Source: a virus. Taken from it: a DNA stretch of 64,000 nt. The DNA is taken from positions 1 through 64,000 of IMG/VR virus record IMGVR_UViG_3300032268_001078. One strand, given 5' to 3'. Under the pieces are notes generated by a model. It was not told where the DNA came from. It saw nothing but the letters and a program-made list of their open reading frames with translations, and ran no database searches. Below are positions 52,400 to 61,140 of this stretch, in pieces (within the stretch, counting starts at the first letter, position 1; each line of letters begins with the position of its first letter). The translations under genes and the position numbers were made by a program.

Positions 52400-52588
52400 T
52401 TAGTATCTTTCTGGATGTTTATCCATTTCGACTACTTGTCTAACTCCAATTGAATCATTTAAAGTTAATGAATCTTTACATTGTGTTGAATCACATTTTG
52501 TTGAATCACAAGCTGAAGTTGAAGTTGTTTGGTTTGAGGTACAAGCTATAAAACCTACGATTGCTAAAACAATAAATATTTTTTTCAT
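52400..52588 (-). CDS. small lipoprotein
   Basis: MKKIFIVLAIVGFIAC lipobox; CDSTKCDSTQC. Confidence 0.75.
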   Translation of the reverse strand: MKKIFIVLAIVGFIACTSNQTTSTSACDSTKCDSTQCKDSLTLNDSIGVRQVVEMDKHPERY

Positions 52589-52594
52589 ATATTC

Positions 52595-52625
52595 ATATTA
52601 TAAGAAAAAGAGCTTGGAAAACCAA
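52595..52625 (-). promoter_or_regulatory. class II promoter overlapping a terminator-like hairpin
   Basis: TTGG-N17-CTTATAATAT; GAGCTTGG-TTTT-CCAAGCTC. Confidence 0.6.
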
Positions 52626-52652
52626 GCTCTCTTATTTAAAGTCTTTAGTTTT

Positions 52653-53030
52653 TTACCCAATATGATCATCTAAGTGATCAGGAATGCCATCACCATCTAT
52701 ATCTGCTATTTCATTATAACCTAATGCTTTAAAGAAATTAGCTACTCTAGCTTTTAAATCTCCATCAGTATCAGCAAACCAATCTTCTTTGATATTGTCG
52801 TGACTTAATAACACTGTTAGTGCTTCATAAAAAACATCAACATCATTGACAAGATAAATGTCTGGTGTATGAAAATCTAAACTAAATGCAAAATCATCGA
52901 TTTGAGGTATTTTTAACAAATCATCTGTTTTACCTATTTTCTTTTCAGTAGGTACTATACCTCCGAATTTATGGAAATACTCACCAACGTAAATATAACC
53001 TTGTTTTTCTTTTAATTGAAACTCACTCAT
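52653..53030 (-). CDS. GIY-YIG-like (T5orf172-type) protein with an acidic DxDxDG tail
   Basis: GYIYVG...KKIGKT...EDWF; DIDGDGIPD. Confidence 0.45.
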   Translation of the reverse strand: MSEFQLKEKQGYIYVGEYFHKFGGIVPTEKKIGKTDDLLKIPQIDDFAFSLDFHTPDIYLVNDVDVFYEALTVLLSHDNIKEDWFADTDGDLKARVANFFKALGYNEIADIDGDGIPDHLDDHIG

Positions 53031-53896
53031 TATTTTAATAAATTATAGTATTCATTGAAATGTTTAATACGATCAGGTAGTCCAATTGTTCCACCATTAA
53101 CTCTTTTAGTTACTGCTGTTATTGTAGCTTGATCTGCTCCTTTGTCACAAATACTCCAAAGTTTATTTTTATCAAAAAACCAAGCAGCACTTGCTAAAGC
53201 ATACTTAGTTGATACTAAATCTGGGTTAGATAGAATATCTTCTAGAACTGTTTTATCAAATTGAGTATAGTTGTCTTTACCTGTTAATTGAATATAGCCT
53301 CTACCTCTGAATTTAAAACCGTCGCCTGTAGCTTCAGCGCCATTACCCATTCTTCCACCATAAACTCTATTAGCTATTTTTTGAGGTTGACGAGCATAAG
53401 ATTCTGCTAAAGCTGGAGTGAAGTATTTTGGAAAAATACCTAATAAGCCTTTTGAACTGTAGTTTAAATTTTCACTAGTTGCTTTGAATTGACCTGATTC
53501 ATGTCCTGCTTGTGCGAGGAAATGAGCTAAGCGCAATGTATTTGTGATGTTGAATTTAGCTGCGGTGTCAGGAATTGCTGCGATTACCGCATCTGGGATG
53601 TGACCTTTTAGTTTGTCTAACTTGAATGAGGTTGTAGAAATTGGCGCAGGTATCGTAGCTACAGCTGGAACAGCTACTACAGGAGTTACTGTTGGAAATA
53701 ATTTCTTCCAAGTATCATCACTTATTACACCATCATCGTTTAATCCATTTGCTTTTTGCCAAGCTTTTACAGCTATTTCAGTTTTAGGACCAAATGTTCC
53801 TATTGCTTCTACGCCTAACTTGATTTGTAATTTTTTGACGTCTTCACTTACGTCACCTCTTTTTAATAACATATTATTTTTCTTTATGATTGTCAA
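53030..53896 (-). CDS. endolysin: peptidoglycan-binding domain plus GH19 domain
   Basis: LKRGD.SEDVKKLQ..LG...GTFGPKTE; AHFLAQAGHES, ENLNYS, FRGRGYIQLTGKDNY, VTKRVNGGTIGL.DR. Confidence 0.92.
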   Translation of the reverse strand: MTIIKKNNMLLKRGDVSEDVKKLQIKLGVEAIGTFGPKTEIAVKAWQKANGLNDDGVISDDTWKKLFPTVTPVVAVPAVATIPAPISTTSFKLDKLKGHIPDAVIAAIPDTAAKFNITNTLRLAHFLAQAGHESGQFKATSENLNYSSKGLLGIFPKYFTPALAESYARQPQKIANRVYGGRMGNGAEATGDGFKFRGRGYIQLTGKDNYTQFDKTVLEDILSNPDLVSTKYALASAAWFFDKNKLWSICDKGADQATITAVTKRVNGGTIGLPDRIKHFNEYYNLLK

Positions 53897-54281
53897 TTTT
53901 GCTAAGAAGCATTGTCAATAACTCATTTTGTACTAACCCTGCTCTATTTGCATTTTTTAAGGCACTTATTAATTGAAATACAATAAATGGTGCCATTATA
54001 GTTTCACTTAACCAACTTGTTCCTTTAAATCCTATTTCAATCATAAGAATACAAGTTAACATTATAGTCCAAACTACTAATGTTTGAATAACTTTAATAG
54101 CTTTTCTAGTTTGAAATCCTTCTGTTTTAGTACCAGCCCACACTCCTAAAAAACCATCAGCAAATATTACTGCGACTAATGCTAAATACTGTTCAACATT
54201 GTCTGCTGTTAATTTCATGAAATATGTGCCTATAAAAGCACATACAGTGGTAAGCGATATTACTAATAAACTAGATTTCAT
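53874..54281 (-). CDS. phage holin (holin_4-like)
   Basis: Three TM helices, D...G...G, E/Q..S..EN pattern; adjacent to the endolysin. Confidence 0.75.
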   Translation of the reverse strand: MKSSLLVISLTTVCAFIGTYFMKLTADNVEQYLALVAVIFADGFLGVWAGTKTEGFQTRKAIKVIQTLVVWTIMLTCILMIEIGFKGTSWLSETIMAPFIVFQLISALKNANRAGLVQNELLTMLLSKIDNHKEK

Positions 54282-54544
54282 CCTTTTTCTTCTTTGTCTT
54301 CAGGTTTATCTGTTGGTTTGTTTTTATGAACAAATTTATCTACAGAACCAATAGCAAAACTTCCCAACACAATTACCATAAATCCATCAAATATCATTCT
54401 GTTAATAACTAATTCTTTTCCCATGTAGCCAGTTATAATATCTACAAGAAATGCAATACACATTAATGAAAAAGCCACAAATCCAACTACTGATTTCTCA
54501 TTAATTGAATTACTATCATCAAATAAATTTTTAAACCAGCTCAT
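54278..54544 (-). CDS. two-TM membrane protein (holin-like)
   Basis: SINEKSVVGFVAF...; two hydrophobic helices. Confidence 0.65.
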   Translation of the reverse strand: MSWFKNLFDDSNSINEKSVVGFVAFSLMCIAFLVDIITGYMGKELVINRMIFDGFMVIVLGSFAIGSVDKFVHKNKPTDKPEDKEEKG

Positions 54545-54546
54545 AC

Positions 54547-55014
54547 TTACTTATTTAATAATAAATATGTATTTTCAAATGACTTTTGTAGTGTTTTAGA
54601 AAATGTTTTTCTATTTAATGGAACCTCATTATTAGTCACATCTAAAAAAGCAGCAAATACATACGCTGTTTTCTTAGCTTTTCCTTTAAAACACTTTGTT
54701 CCAATACAAATACTTGTTTCTATAATATAGTCTTTCTTAAACCACTTTAAACCAAATATATTTAATTCTTGAGCTGGAGAATAAATACTGTCTATACTCA
54801 CTTGTACATCCATTCCATTTGAGTCTAAAAAATATCCATCATTTACAAATATTTCTTCTATATTTTCTTTTACTCCAAAAGTAACATCTCTGTCTTCTAC
54901 TTTTTTAATAGTTGAGTAATTTGAAACCTCATTTATTTTAATATGAATAGGTTCATTTTGTGGTGATAACAGCATTGCCGCTGCTATGTAAATTGTTTTT
55001 ATGTCAAATATCAT
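54547..55014 (-). CDS. secreted hypothetical protein (possible CsgG/LptE-like fold)
   Basis: N-terminal hydrophobic signal; alpha/beta pattern. Confidence 0.5.
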   Translation of the reverse strand: MIFDIKTIYIAAAMLLSPQNEPIHIKINEVSNYSTIKKVEDRDVTFGVKENIEEIFVNDGYFLDSNGMDVQVSIDSIYSPAQELNIFGLKWFKKDYIIETSICIGTKCFKGKAKKTAYVFAAFLDVTNNEVPLNRKTFSKTLQKSFENTYLLLNK

Positions 55015-55025
55015 GTTTATAAATA

Positions 55026-56090
55026 TTAATTGTTAAATCCAGTTCTTATTAAATAATAATTTGATGATCCTTTATTTGTTAATCCAGTTATTGTTATTGA
55101 TTGTGTCCCTACATAAGTTGTTTTTAAATTTATTGTAGATGAATTTATTGTAGTATATTCTGTTGGACTAAATATTCTATAATACAATGTACCATTTTTC
55201 CAAGAATTTCCCAAAACTCTTCTGTAAGTTAAGTAAACGTCTGTTATTGTAAAATTGTTATCTCCATTTATGTCCATTCTATAATAATCTTTTGATACAA
55301 TAGATGGGTATAGTATTTTTTGATTAAATGTTTGAGCGTCACTTACTAATGGAGATGTAATAGTTAGTGCGTCTATTGTCATTTGAAAATCATAAGTATT
55401 AGCGTCTTGTGAAGATGTTAAAGAGTATTTTCCAGTAGCGTCTGTATTATTTGTACTTAGTAAAGTATATGTTGTAGCTGATTTTAACTTACTGTAAAGT
55501 TTTACAGGTATATTAGATATTCCTATTCCATTTGCTCCATAAATATAACCTGTGTAACTGAATGGATCTTGAGCTCCTGTAATAGTTGTTGAAAAATCAA
55601 ATGTATTTCCGTAAGCATATGTTCCACAAATAACAGGACTTCCTGAATACTGCATAACAAATCTCATATAAACTTTTCCATTATAAACTGATGTTGGTAC
55701 TGTAAATGTTGCCGTCATTGTTTTTGTTCCTGTCCAAGCAACATTGTAACTATGAACTAATTCACCAGCATCTGTTAAACTACCATTTCCATTAAAATCA
55801 ATCCACAGTTTAAAATACTCCATATAGTTTCCATTTGTAACTCCAGTATATGAAATAGAAATATTTTGACCTGCTGTAATTGTAGGAACTGCATTACTTG
55901 TGTAGTCATAGTATCCTGCTGGACTTCCTCCTGATGATGCCGCATATCCTGTTGAACCACCATATGTTTTTCCATTTATTGTAACACTATTAACATATTC
56001 ACAACAAAAATTTGTTGGTCTACTAGCACATAAAGGAGACTGAGCCTTTAATGTATTAAAAAATAATAATATAATCGTAATCCACCTCAT
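55026..56090 (-). CDS. secreted GEVED-domain protein with an Ig-like domain and a dockerin-like motif
   Basis: EY...VTING; KLWIDFNGNGSLTDAGELV; MRFVMQY; DINGDNNFTITDV. Confidence 0.75.
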   Translation of the reverse strand: MRWITIILLFFNTLKAQSPLCASRPTNFCCEYVNSVTINGKTYGGSTGYAASSGGSPAGYYDYTSNAVPTITAGQNISISYTGVTNGNYMEYFKLWIDFNGNGSLTDAGELVHSYNVAWTGTKTMTATFTVPTSVYNGKVYMRFVMQYSGSPVICGTYAYGNTFDFSTTITGAQDPFSYTGYIYGANGIGISNIPVKLYSKLKSATTYTLLSTNNTDATGKYSLTSSQDANTYDFQMTIDALTITSPLVSDAQTFNQKILYPSIVSKDYYRMDINGDNNFTITDVYLTYRRVLGNSWKNGTLYYRIFSPTEYTTINSSTINLKTTYVGTQSITITGLTNKGSSNYYLIRTGFNN

Positions 56091-57439
56091 AATAACAACT
56101 TAGCTCCTAGTAAGATTTGAAAGTTTAAAATGTCTTGTTTTGCTACATATGTTCCACCAGCTGTTAAACCCATTCCAAAACTTTTTGTCATTTTATAAGT
56201 TAAATTTAAAAACGGTATAATTATAGGTTTGTTAGTTAAAAAGCTTTCTGTATAGTATTTCATGTAAGGTGCATAAATAGCTGCCATAATAACAGTAGAT
56301 TCTATTTTTTTAGTTAATTTTCCTTTATACATAAAACCACCAATAGCTAATGTTGAAATAAGCGGTTCTTCGTTCATTATTCCGTAAGTTCCTGCACATC
56401 CATATAAAGCGGTGAAAGATTTGATTGAGTTAACTCTAACAAACAAAGCTGTTGTACTCCACGTACCAGGCAATAATGAACCTGAACCAGAAACCACATT
56501 TATATGTTTATTACCTGCTTTATTAGTTCCTATCCAAGAACGCATTACACTTAAATTTCCTATTTTAGCATTTACCATATAATCAGCTGAGAAGCCTAAA
56601 CTAGCCGTTCCATCTCCTTTTACTCTTGTAAAGGACATTGTAGCTCTTGCGTCTTGAGCTCCATCTGCTTTAGATTGTATACCAACTATATCTCCAGTTA
56701 CTAAAATAGCTGGTTTTGCTACTTCTGCTTTTGCTTTACTTGTTGATTTAGCAACTGAATTAGAAGTAGTTTTGTTTTGTTCAGTTTTTTGTTCTTCTAC
56801 TTTTTGTTCATCAGGCTTTTTATCATCGGGTTTAGTTTCTGTTTTAGTTTCACTGCCTTTTCCTGAGTTGCCACCATTAGTTCCACCATTAGACCCAGAA
56901 CTACTAGACCCACTGTTATTAGACCCGCCATTATTATCGGAGTGATTGTCATTTGTATTGTCTCCATTATTTTTTGTTTCTTGTTTTTGTTCACTATTAT
57001 TATCAGATTTACTGTTGTTATCACCCCCAACATTAGTTCCAGAGGATGTTGCTCCTCCTACATTTATGTTACTCCCTACATTTGTTACACTACTAAAGTC
57101 TAAACTGGTTAGATTCATTACATTTCCAACTATATTTAAAGTTTGGTTTGTAGTTGTTGTTGTAGTTGTTGTTATTGCGGCTCCTTGACATGGACTTGTT
57201 GTTCTGTATTTATTATATAAATCATTCATCCAAATTTCTAAATTTCCTGTTTGAAGATCATTATAACTAAATGTTTTTGCTTGTCCATAATAAACTACAA
57301 CTATAGGGCTGTTCATATCAGCATATATAGTCTTCATATCCTTAGTACAAGGATCTACATATGTGTAAGTGAAGGACTGTCCCTTTAAGGACAGTCCCAC
57401 TAACATGAATAAAAATAATATTTTAATTTTTAAATACAC
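56087..57439 (-). CDS. secreted protein with a low-complexity linker and a putative C-terminal beta-barrel
   Basis: Signal peptide; Thr/Asn/Gly/Ser-rich middle; about 200 aa of alternating beta-strands. Confidence 0.6.
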   Translation of the reverse strand: MYLKIKILFLFMLVGLSLKGQSFTYTYVDPCTKDMKTIYADMNSPIVVVYYGQAKTFSYNDLQTGNLEIWMNDLYNKYRTTSPCQGAAITTTTTTTTNQTLNIVGNVMNLTSLDFSSVTNVGSNINVGGATSSGTNVGGDNNSKSDNNSEQKQETKNNGDNTNDNHSDNNGGSNNSGSSSSGSNGGTNGGNSGKGSETKTETKPDDKKPDEQKVEEQKTEQNKTTSNSVAKSTSKAKAEVAKPAILVTGDIVGIQSKADGAQDARATMSFTRVKGDGTASLGFSADYMVNAKIGNLSVMRSWIGTNKAGNKHINVVSGSGSLLPGTWSTTALFVRVNSIKSFTALYGCAGTYGIMNEEPLISTLAIGGFMYKGKLTKKIESTVIMAAIYAPYMKYYTESFLTNKPIIIPFLNLTYKMTKSFGMGLTAGGTYVAKQDILNFQILLGAKLLL

Positions 57440-58106
57440 CGGCTTTGATTAAGTTTTCTATAACCTTAACCGTAGCTGTTTCCAGTGATTTACGAGTTGC
57501 TTTACCTACTGTAGATTGACTAAATTTCATATCAAGAGACTTTAAAAAACTTTCTCCTGTTTTTGTTGCTTCACCATCTCCTGAACCTATAAAAATTTGT
57601 CCAGTTTGAGCATTTACAAATCTTACTTGTAATCTAATAAACGTTGTAACAACAACTTTACCTTTGGCACCACTAACTTCCTCGTCTTCATCAACAGCGA
57701 AATCAGCCACAGTGACATAAACAAAATACTGAGCAGCTTTAATTTTACCTTTTCCATCAATTGGTTCTTCAAATATACCTTTTTTAGATGCCTTAAACTG
57801 TGCTGCCATTTTATTTTTTATTTCTGCTTTTTCTTCAGTAAAAATAAAACGACCAGTTTCATCTAAATAATCTAATGTTGATTCAGCAAATCCTAAACCT
57901 ACATTTTTTTCTTGTAATGAAGGATAAAGTTTTAAGATTTTTTCTAAATCAATATTGATTACTTGAACAGTTTTCTTAATACTATCAGTATAGCCAGACA
58001 CTGAAGAAATACTTTTCTTTTCAGTTACTTCTGTTTCAGTAGTAGTTTTCATTGTACCACATCCAACTAACAATACTGTTAATAATAGACTACCAAGGAC
58101 CCTCAT
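57423..58106 (-). CDS. CsgG-family lipoprotein
   Basis: Lipobox LLVGC; YLDETGRF.FTE...; KAAQYFVYVTVADF; LQVRFVNAQTGQI..GSGDGEA. Confidence 0.75.
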   Translation of the reverse strand: MRVLGSLLLTVLLVGCGTMKTTTETEVTEKKSISSVSGYTDSIKKTVQVINIDLEKILKLYPSLQEKNVGLGFAESTLDYLDETGRFIFTEEKAEIKNKMAAQFKASKKGIFEEPIDGKGKIKAAQYFVYVTVADFAVDEDEEVSGAKGKVVVTTFIRLQVRFVNAQTGQIFIGSGDGEATKTGESFLKSLDMKFSQSTVGKATRKSLETATVKVIENLIKAGVFKN

Positions 58107-58410
58107 CTTCTGGTTTTTCGGTTTTAGCTGGTTTAGATTCTACAGTTGCTGGAGCTGCTTTCTCTTTAATAATAACTGTGTTAGTACCACCTGCTGCTTG
58201 TTGTTTTTGTTGATTTTCATTACTATTAGTAATGTTAATAACAGGAGCAGGAGCTGTAACAGCTGCTGGGGTTTCTACTTTTGGTTCTTCTCCACCACCT
58301 AAGTGGGTAGCAAACCATGCACCACCGGCAGTTACCGCGGTGGTAATAGCTCCGATGATGGCTTTTTTAACAGCGGACATTCCGCCTTCTTCTTTTTGTT
58401 CTTCTGACAT
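58090..58410 (-). CDS. single-TM protein
   Basis: AIIGAITTAVTAGGAWF; Pro/Ala-rich tail. Confidence 0.7.
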   Translation of the reverse strand: MSEEQKEEGGMSAVKKAIIGAITTAVTAGGAWFATHLGGGEEPKVETPAAVTAPAPVINITNSNENQQKQQAAGGTNTVIIKEKAAPATVESKPAKTEKPEDEGPW

Positions 58411-58414
58411 GATA

Positions 58415-58771
58415 TTAACCTATTGTGTTTGACATTGATTGACCATCTTCTTCATCAACTTTTTGGATCAACATTTTGTCTCTGTCTTCAGAATTGAACC
58501 AGTAGTCAACTACTTTATTTAAATTTCCTACAAATGCACCTAAAAGAATAAGTAACATTTCTTTCCAGTTTTCAGCAATTTCAATATTAAACATTACTGC
58601 CATATTAATACCAAAAATAATGAAAAAGAATAAAAATAAAACGATGCCCGTAATTTTCCAACGGTTGTTTTGCATTTGTTGTAACATAAAGTAAAAGCGA
58701 TTCTTATCGTCTACTTCTACAAACTCTGATTTTCCACCCACAGCTTGTTTGATTTTGTCTTTTATACTCAT
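58415..58771 (-). CDS. two-TM membrane protein (holin-like)
   Basis: LLILLGAFVGNLNKVVDYWFNS. Confidence 0.65.
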   Translation of the reverse strand: MSIKDKIKQAVGGKSEFVEVDDKNRFYFMLQQMQNNRWKITGIVLFLFFFIIFGINMAVMFNIEIAENWKEMLLILLGAFVGNLNKVVDYWFNSEDRDKMLIQKVDEEDGQSMSNTIG

Positions 58772-58774
58772 AAT

Positions 58775-60664
58775 TTATTTATTTACTATAATTTTTGTAG
58801 TTGAATTACTATACTCAGTTTTGATTGATAATAAATACAAACCATTATTTAGTTTATGTAAATCAGTAACATATTTATATTTACCAGCAGGTAGTCTTTC
58901 ATTTAATAATTCTTTTATTTTTCTACCAACCATATCATCAATTACTATTAATGTATTAGTTTCTTGTTTAATTCCAAATTCTATTACTATTTCACCTTCT
59001 GTTGGATTTGGAAATATTAGTACTTTACTTAAATCACTAATTGCAATAGGAGATTTTACTTTTCTAACTTCAATAATACCCATAGTTGGAGTAATATTAA
59101 TGTCTCTAGAATCACTTCCACCTACATATTTTTCTGCTGTCCACAATGCTGCTGTTCCCCATTCTGCTTGAGGTTTTTTAGCGATAAATTGAATTGTAAA
59201 AGCTTGATCACCATTATTAATAAAGTTTTGATTAGTTAAATCAGCTGAACCCCAAGTAATATATCCATTTGAAGGATTAATAAATGTAGTCCATTTCATT
59301 ACTTTTTCACTGTTTACAATATTTTTAAATTCTAACAATGAAGTATCGTATTTTAGGTTTAATTGTAAAGCACCAATTGATTGGCCTTGAGTAGTCATTG
59401 ATACTGGAACTTTAACTAAGTTACCATCTTCAACTTTTACTTTAGGCATTGTCATTTCAACTGTTTCTGTTATATTGTCATAACTTACAGTATTATCAAT
59501 AATGTGTTTATTAGCATTTGAAGGATTAATAATTTTAATTGGAGTTAAACGAGCCATTTTAAATCCTGTTCCATTTGCATCACCTTTAACATTTACATAA
59601 TAAGTAATACTATCTTTACCATCTATATAATAGTAAAAGTTTGTAACACCCGGAATAGTAGAAACATTATTTGTTGCTGAACCATTAATTGAATTAAATT
59701 CTGCTACTGTAAAGAATTTTACATCATTTTGTGAATTAGGCCAAGCAGTAAATCTACCTGCTAAACGACCATAAACTGAGTAAACATCTGAAATAGTAAT
59801 TGTTCCATCAGCTCCATTTACATCCATTGAATAAAAATCAAATCCTTTTGGAGTATATTGACCCAATACTGTTTGGTTGATTTTTTGAGCATCTGCTGTT
59901 GAGAATACTGAACCTGGTGTCATTGTATCACCTTTAACAGCCATTCTAACATCCCAATATGATGTATCAATGTTTTTAAAGAAAACTACATGACCTAAGT
60001 TATTTGTTTGTTGAGTTAATACTGTAGTCCAAGATCCACCTGGTGCTTTCTTTTCTAAACTAACCCATAAGTTTTTAGCATTAGTTCCAGTTGTATTAAT
60101 AAATTTACCAGCAAATCTTAACATTTTCTGATTAAAACGACCACCATAAGAATAAACAGTTAAAGTAGTATCGTTACCCATGTTAGTTGAAGCTAAATTA
60201 GGAAAACTATTCACACCTGATACTTTTAAACTTTTAATACTATCTAAACTGTTCCATACAGCGTCACTAGCATGAGTAAAAGTTAAATCAAATGTCGCGC
60301 CATCAGCGTAATTAAAAGAACTATTAGTACCTGTGTAAACTACAGTTACTGTTAAACTTCCACCTGTATTATCATCAACATATTGTAGATACTGATCAGA
60401 AGTAGAAATTTTTAAAGTAGGTACAACCGCTGTAAAAGCAGTTTTATCATAAAATACTCTAAATTGCATACCTGTAATTTTATTTACAGTTGAAGTATTA
60501 TGAAAATAAAGAGGCGCAACTGTTTTTCCTGTTGTTGCTGTAGCTACTTGATATCCAGAGTCAATAACAACCCAATGTCCTGTTCCTGGTGATGTAGCTG
60601 ATTTTTGAGCGAAGGCTGATACTGCAACCATAGCAGTAAAAAGCAATAATATTAGTTTTTTCAT
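58775..60664 (-). CDS. secreted cohesin/dockerin-like protein with a T9SS type A sorting domain
   Basis: Signal peptide; two cohesin-like domains (ITGMQFRVFYD; IGALQLNLKYDTSLLEF); DVNGADGTITISD; IFPNPT...DDMVGRKIKEL...NGLYLLSI...TTKIIV. Confidence 0.8.
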   Translation of the reverse strand: MKKLILLLFTAMVAVSAFAQKSATSPGTGHWVVIDSGYQVATATTGKTVAPLYFHNTSTVNKITGMQFRVFYDKTAFTAVVPTLKISTSDQYLQYVDDNTGGSLTVTVVYTGTNSSFNYADGATFDLTFTHASDAVWNSLDSIKSLKVSGVNSFPNLASTNMGNDTTLTVYSYGGRFNQKMLRFAGKFINTTGTNAKNLWVSLEKKAPGGSWTTVLTQQTNNLGHVVFFKNIDTSYWDVRMAVKGDTMTPGSVFSTADAQKINQTVLGQYTPKGFDFYSMDVNGADGTITISDVYSVYGRLAGRFTAWPNSQNDVKFFTVAEFNSINGSATNNVSTIPGVTNFYYYIDGKDSITYYVNVKGDANGTGFKMARLTPIKIINPSNANKHIIDNTVSYDNITETVEMTMPKVKVEDGNLVKVPVSMTTQGQSIGALQLNLKYDTSLLEFKNIVNSEKVMKWTTFINPSNGYITWGSADLTNQNFINNGDQAFTIQFIAKKPQAEWGTAALWTAEKYVGGSDSRDINITPTMGIIEVRKVKSPIAISDLSKVLIFPNPTEGEIVIEFGIKQETNTLIVIDDMVGRKIKELLNERLPAGKYKYVTDLHKLNNGLYLLSIKTEYSNSTTKIIVNK

Positions 60665-61119
60665 TTTATATTCCAAAGTTTTACTTGTTCTTTTGTGAAC
60701 TCAATTAAATCAGGTTCAACATTCGGCAACAATTTTAAAAACTTTAGTTCAAACGAATATGCTTGATACTCTTCTTCATGACCAGATAAAATGTATGGCA
60801 TAGCCATCAAATGTAAATGGTAAGTTTCATGTACTAAAACAGCAGCTATGTTATTTAAACTATTTAGCTTAATGTCTTTTGATGAAACTACTATAACTCC
60901 TTTTCCGTCAACTATATTATTTGATGAATAATCTTCATTCCAAAATTCAATAACATCTACATGATCTACTAACATTTTATAATGTGTAGGAGATGTTTTA
61001 GCTATCAGAAGAATAGCTTGTTTTACTATTGAGTCCCAACCATCTCCAGCTTTATGAATATTAATTTGAGAACATAAAACTTGTGGTAAAAGACACAACA
61101 ATAAAACAAACTTTTTCAT
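60661..61119 (-). CDS. secreted HExxH metallopeptidase-like protein
   Basis: Signal peptide; AAVLVHETYH...EEYQAY. Confidence 0.7.
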   Translation of the reverse strand: MKKFVLLLCLLPQVLCSQINIHKAGDGWDSIVKQAILLIAKTSPTHYKMLVDHVDVIEFWNEDYSSNNIVDGKGVIVVSSKDIKLNSLNNIAAVLVHETYHLHLMAMPYILSGHEEEYQAYSFELKFLKLLPNVEPDLIEFTKEQVKLWNIK

Positions 61120-61140
61120 CTGTAATAAATATGGGAGGGA

